In this document: positions 34,941 through 35,486 of the stretch, in pieces
Layout: every line of letters begins with the position of its first letter
How positions within the stretch are numbered: position 1 is the first letter of the stretch
Source of the DNA: Atractiella rhizophila
Taxonomy: Eukaryota
NCBI GenBank assembly: GCA_021432655.1
Contig: MU271650.1
Span: 1 to 35,486, forward strand
Reading direction: 5' to 3'
Length of the DNA stretch: 35,486 bases
Notes under the pieces: generated by a model
What the model was told of the DNA's origin: nothing
The model's database searches: none
The model's input: only the letters and a program-made list of their open reading frames with translations
Translations under genes and position numbers: made by a program

Positions 34941-35486
34941 ATGGTCGTCACTCGTTCAGCATCCGGCATCCCTGCGAAGGCGATCTCAAACAGTGTATCA
35001 AACGGTATTGCTCCTAGAAATGGAAAAAAGCGCAAGGGTACAGCAGCTGGCGACGAAGCGTCTGCTCCTCCGCCGAAGCGTGCAGCGAAGAAAGCAAAGG
35101 TGGTAGCAGAGGATGGCTCTGTTTCCGCAACGCAAACCCCCAAGAAGACGTCCAAGAAGAAGAAGGTGCTTGAGGAGTCTGACGACGAAGGAGTTCCAGT
35201 CATCAAAGGCCCATTCGATATTGAAGAAGCTAAGAAGCACCTCATTTCGGTCGATAGGAGATGGAAGAAGATGTTCGAAAGAATCCCTTGCAAACCATTT
35301 GAGAGGACGGAGATGCACCACAATCCTTTCAGGTCAGTGTAACTCTTAATGTGAAGTGAATCGAAATCATGACCGCTGTCATAGGGATCTCTGCTCTTCC
35401 ATCATCTCGCAACAAATCTCCTTCCTCGCCGCAAAATCAGTTCAGAAAAAATTCGTTGCCCTCTTCTTCCCTGATGCGGAAGAAGG
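34941..35486 (+). CDS. MAG1: DNA-3-methyladenine glycosylase (Mag1/AlkA, HhH-GPD); runs off the window end
   Basis: Basic low-complexity N-terminus, then FDIEEAKKHLISVDRRW..PCKPF..NPFR, an intron, and DLCSSIISQQISFLAAKSVQKKFVALF, the start of the HhH-GPD domain. Confidence 0.88.

Overview
Gene-dense, intron-rich eukaryotic DNA, most likely a basidiomycete fungus (short 45-120 nt GT/GC-AG introns with CT(A/G)A(C/T)-type branch points and many microexons; the lineage is inferred). Splicing the exons by eye gives 14 protein-coding genes: PEX7 (truncated, -), Hda1/Clr3-type HDAC with Arb2 domain (+), SH3BGR/glutaredoxin-like (-), 2OG-Fe(II) dioxygenase (+), CDF metal transporter (-), DDB1 (+), PCID2/Thp1/Csn12 PCI protein (-), Sac3/GANP (+), an orphan protein ending in a CaaX box (-), an Acinus-like SAP-RRM-RSB protein (+), a bHLH-ZIP factor (+), an SDR (-), a large F-box protein (-) and a Mag1/AlkA glycosylase (truncated, +). 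The most striking feature is a head-to-head pair encoding the two partner PCI subunits of a TREX-2-type mRNA export complex, with start codons 203 bp apart. The PCID2/Thp1 gene carries an exceptional 607-nt first intron whose ends can base-pair, plus two in-frame stopless introns. Sac3 carries PAM2-like and RxxRFG motifs. No rRNA, tRNA, CRISPR array or intact transposon was recognised. Exon boundaries were derived manually and are not validated.
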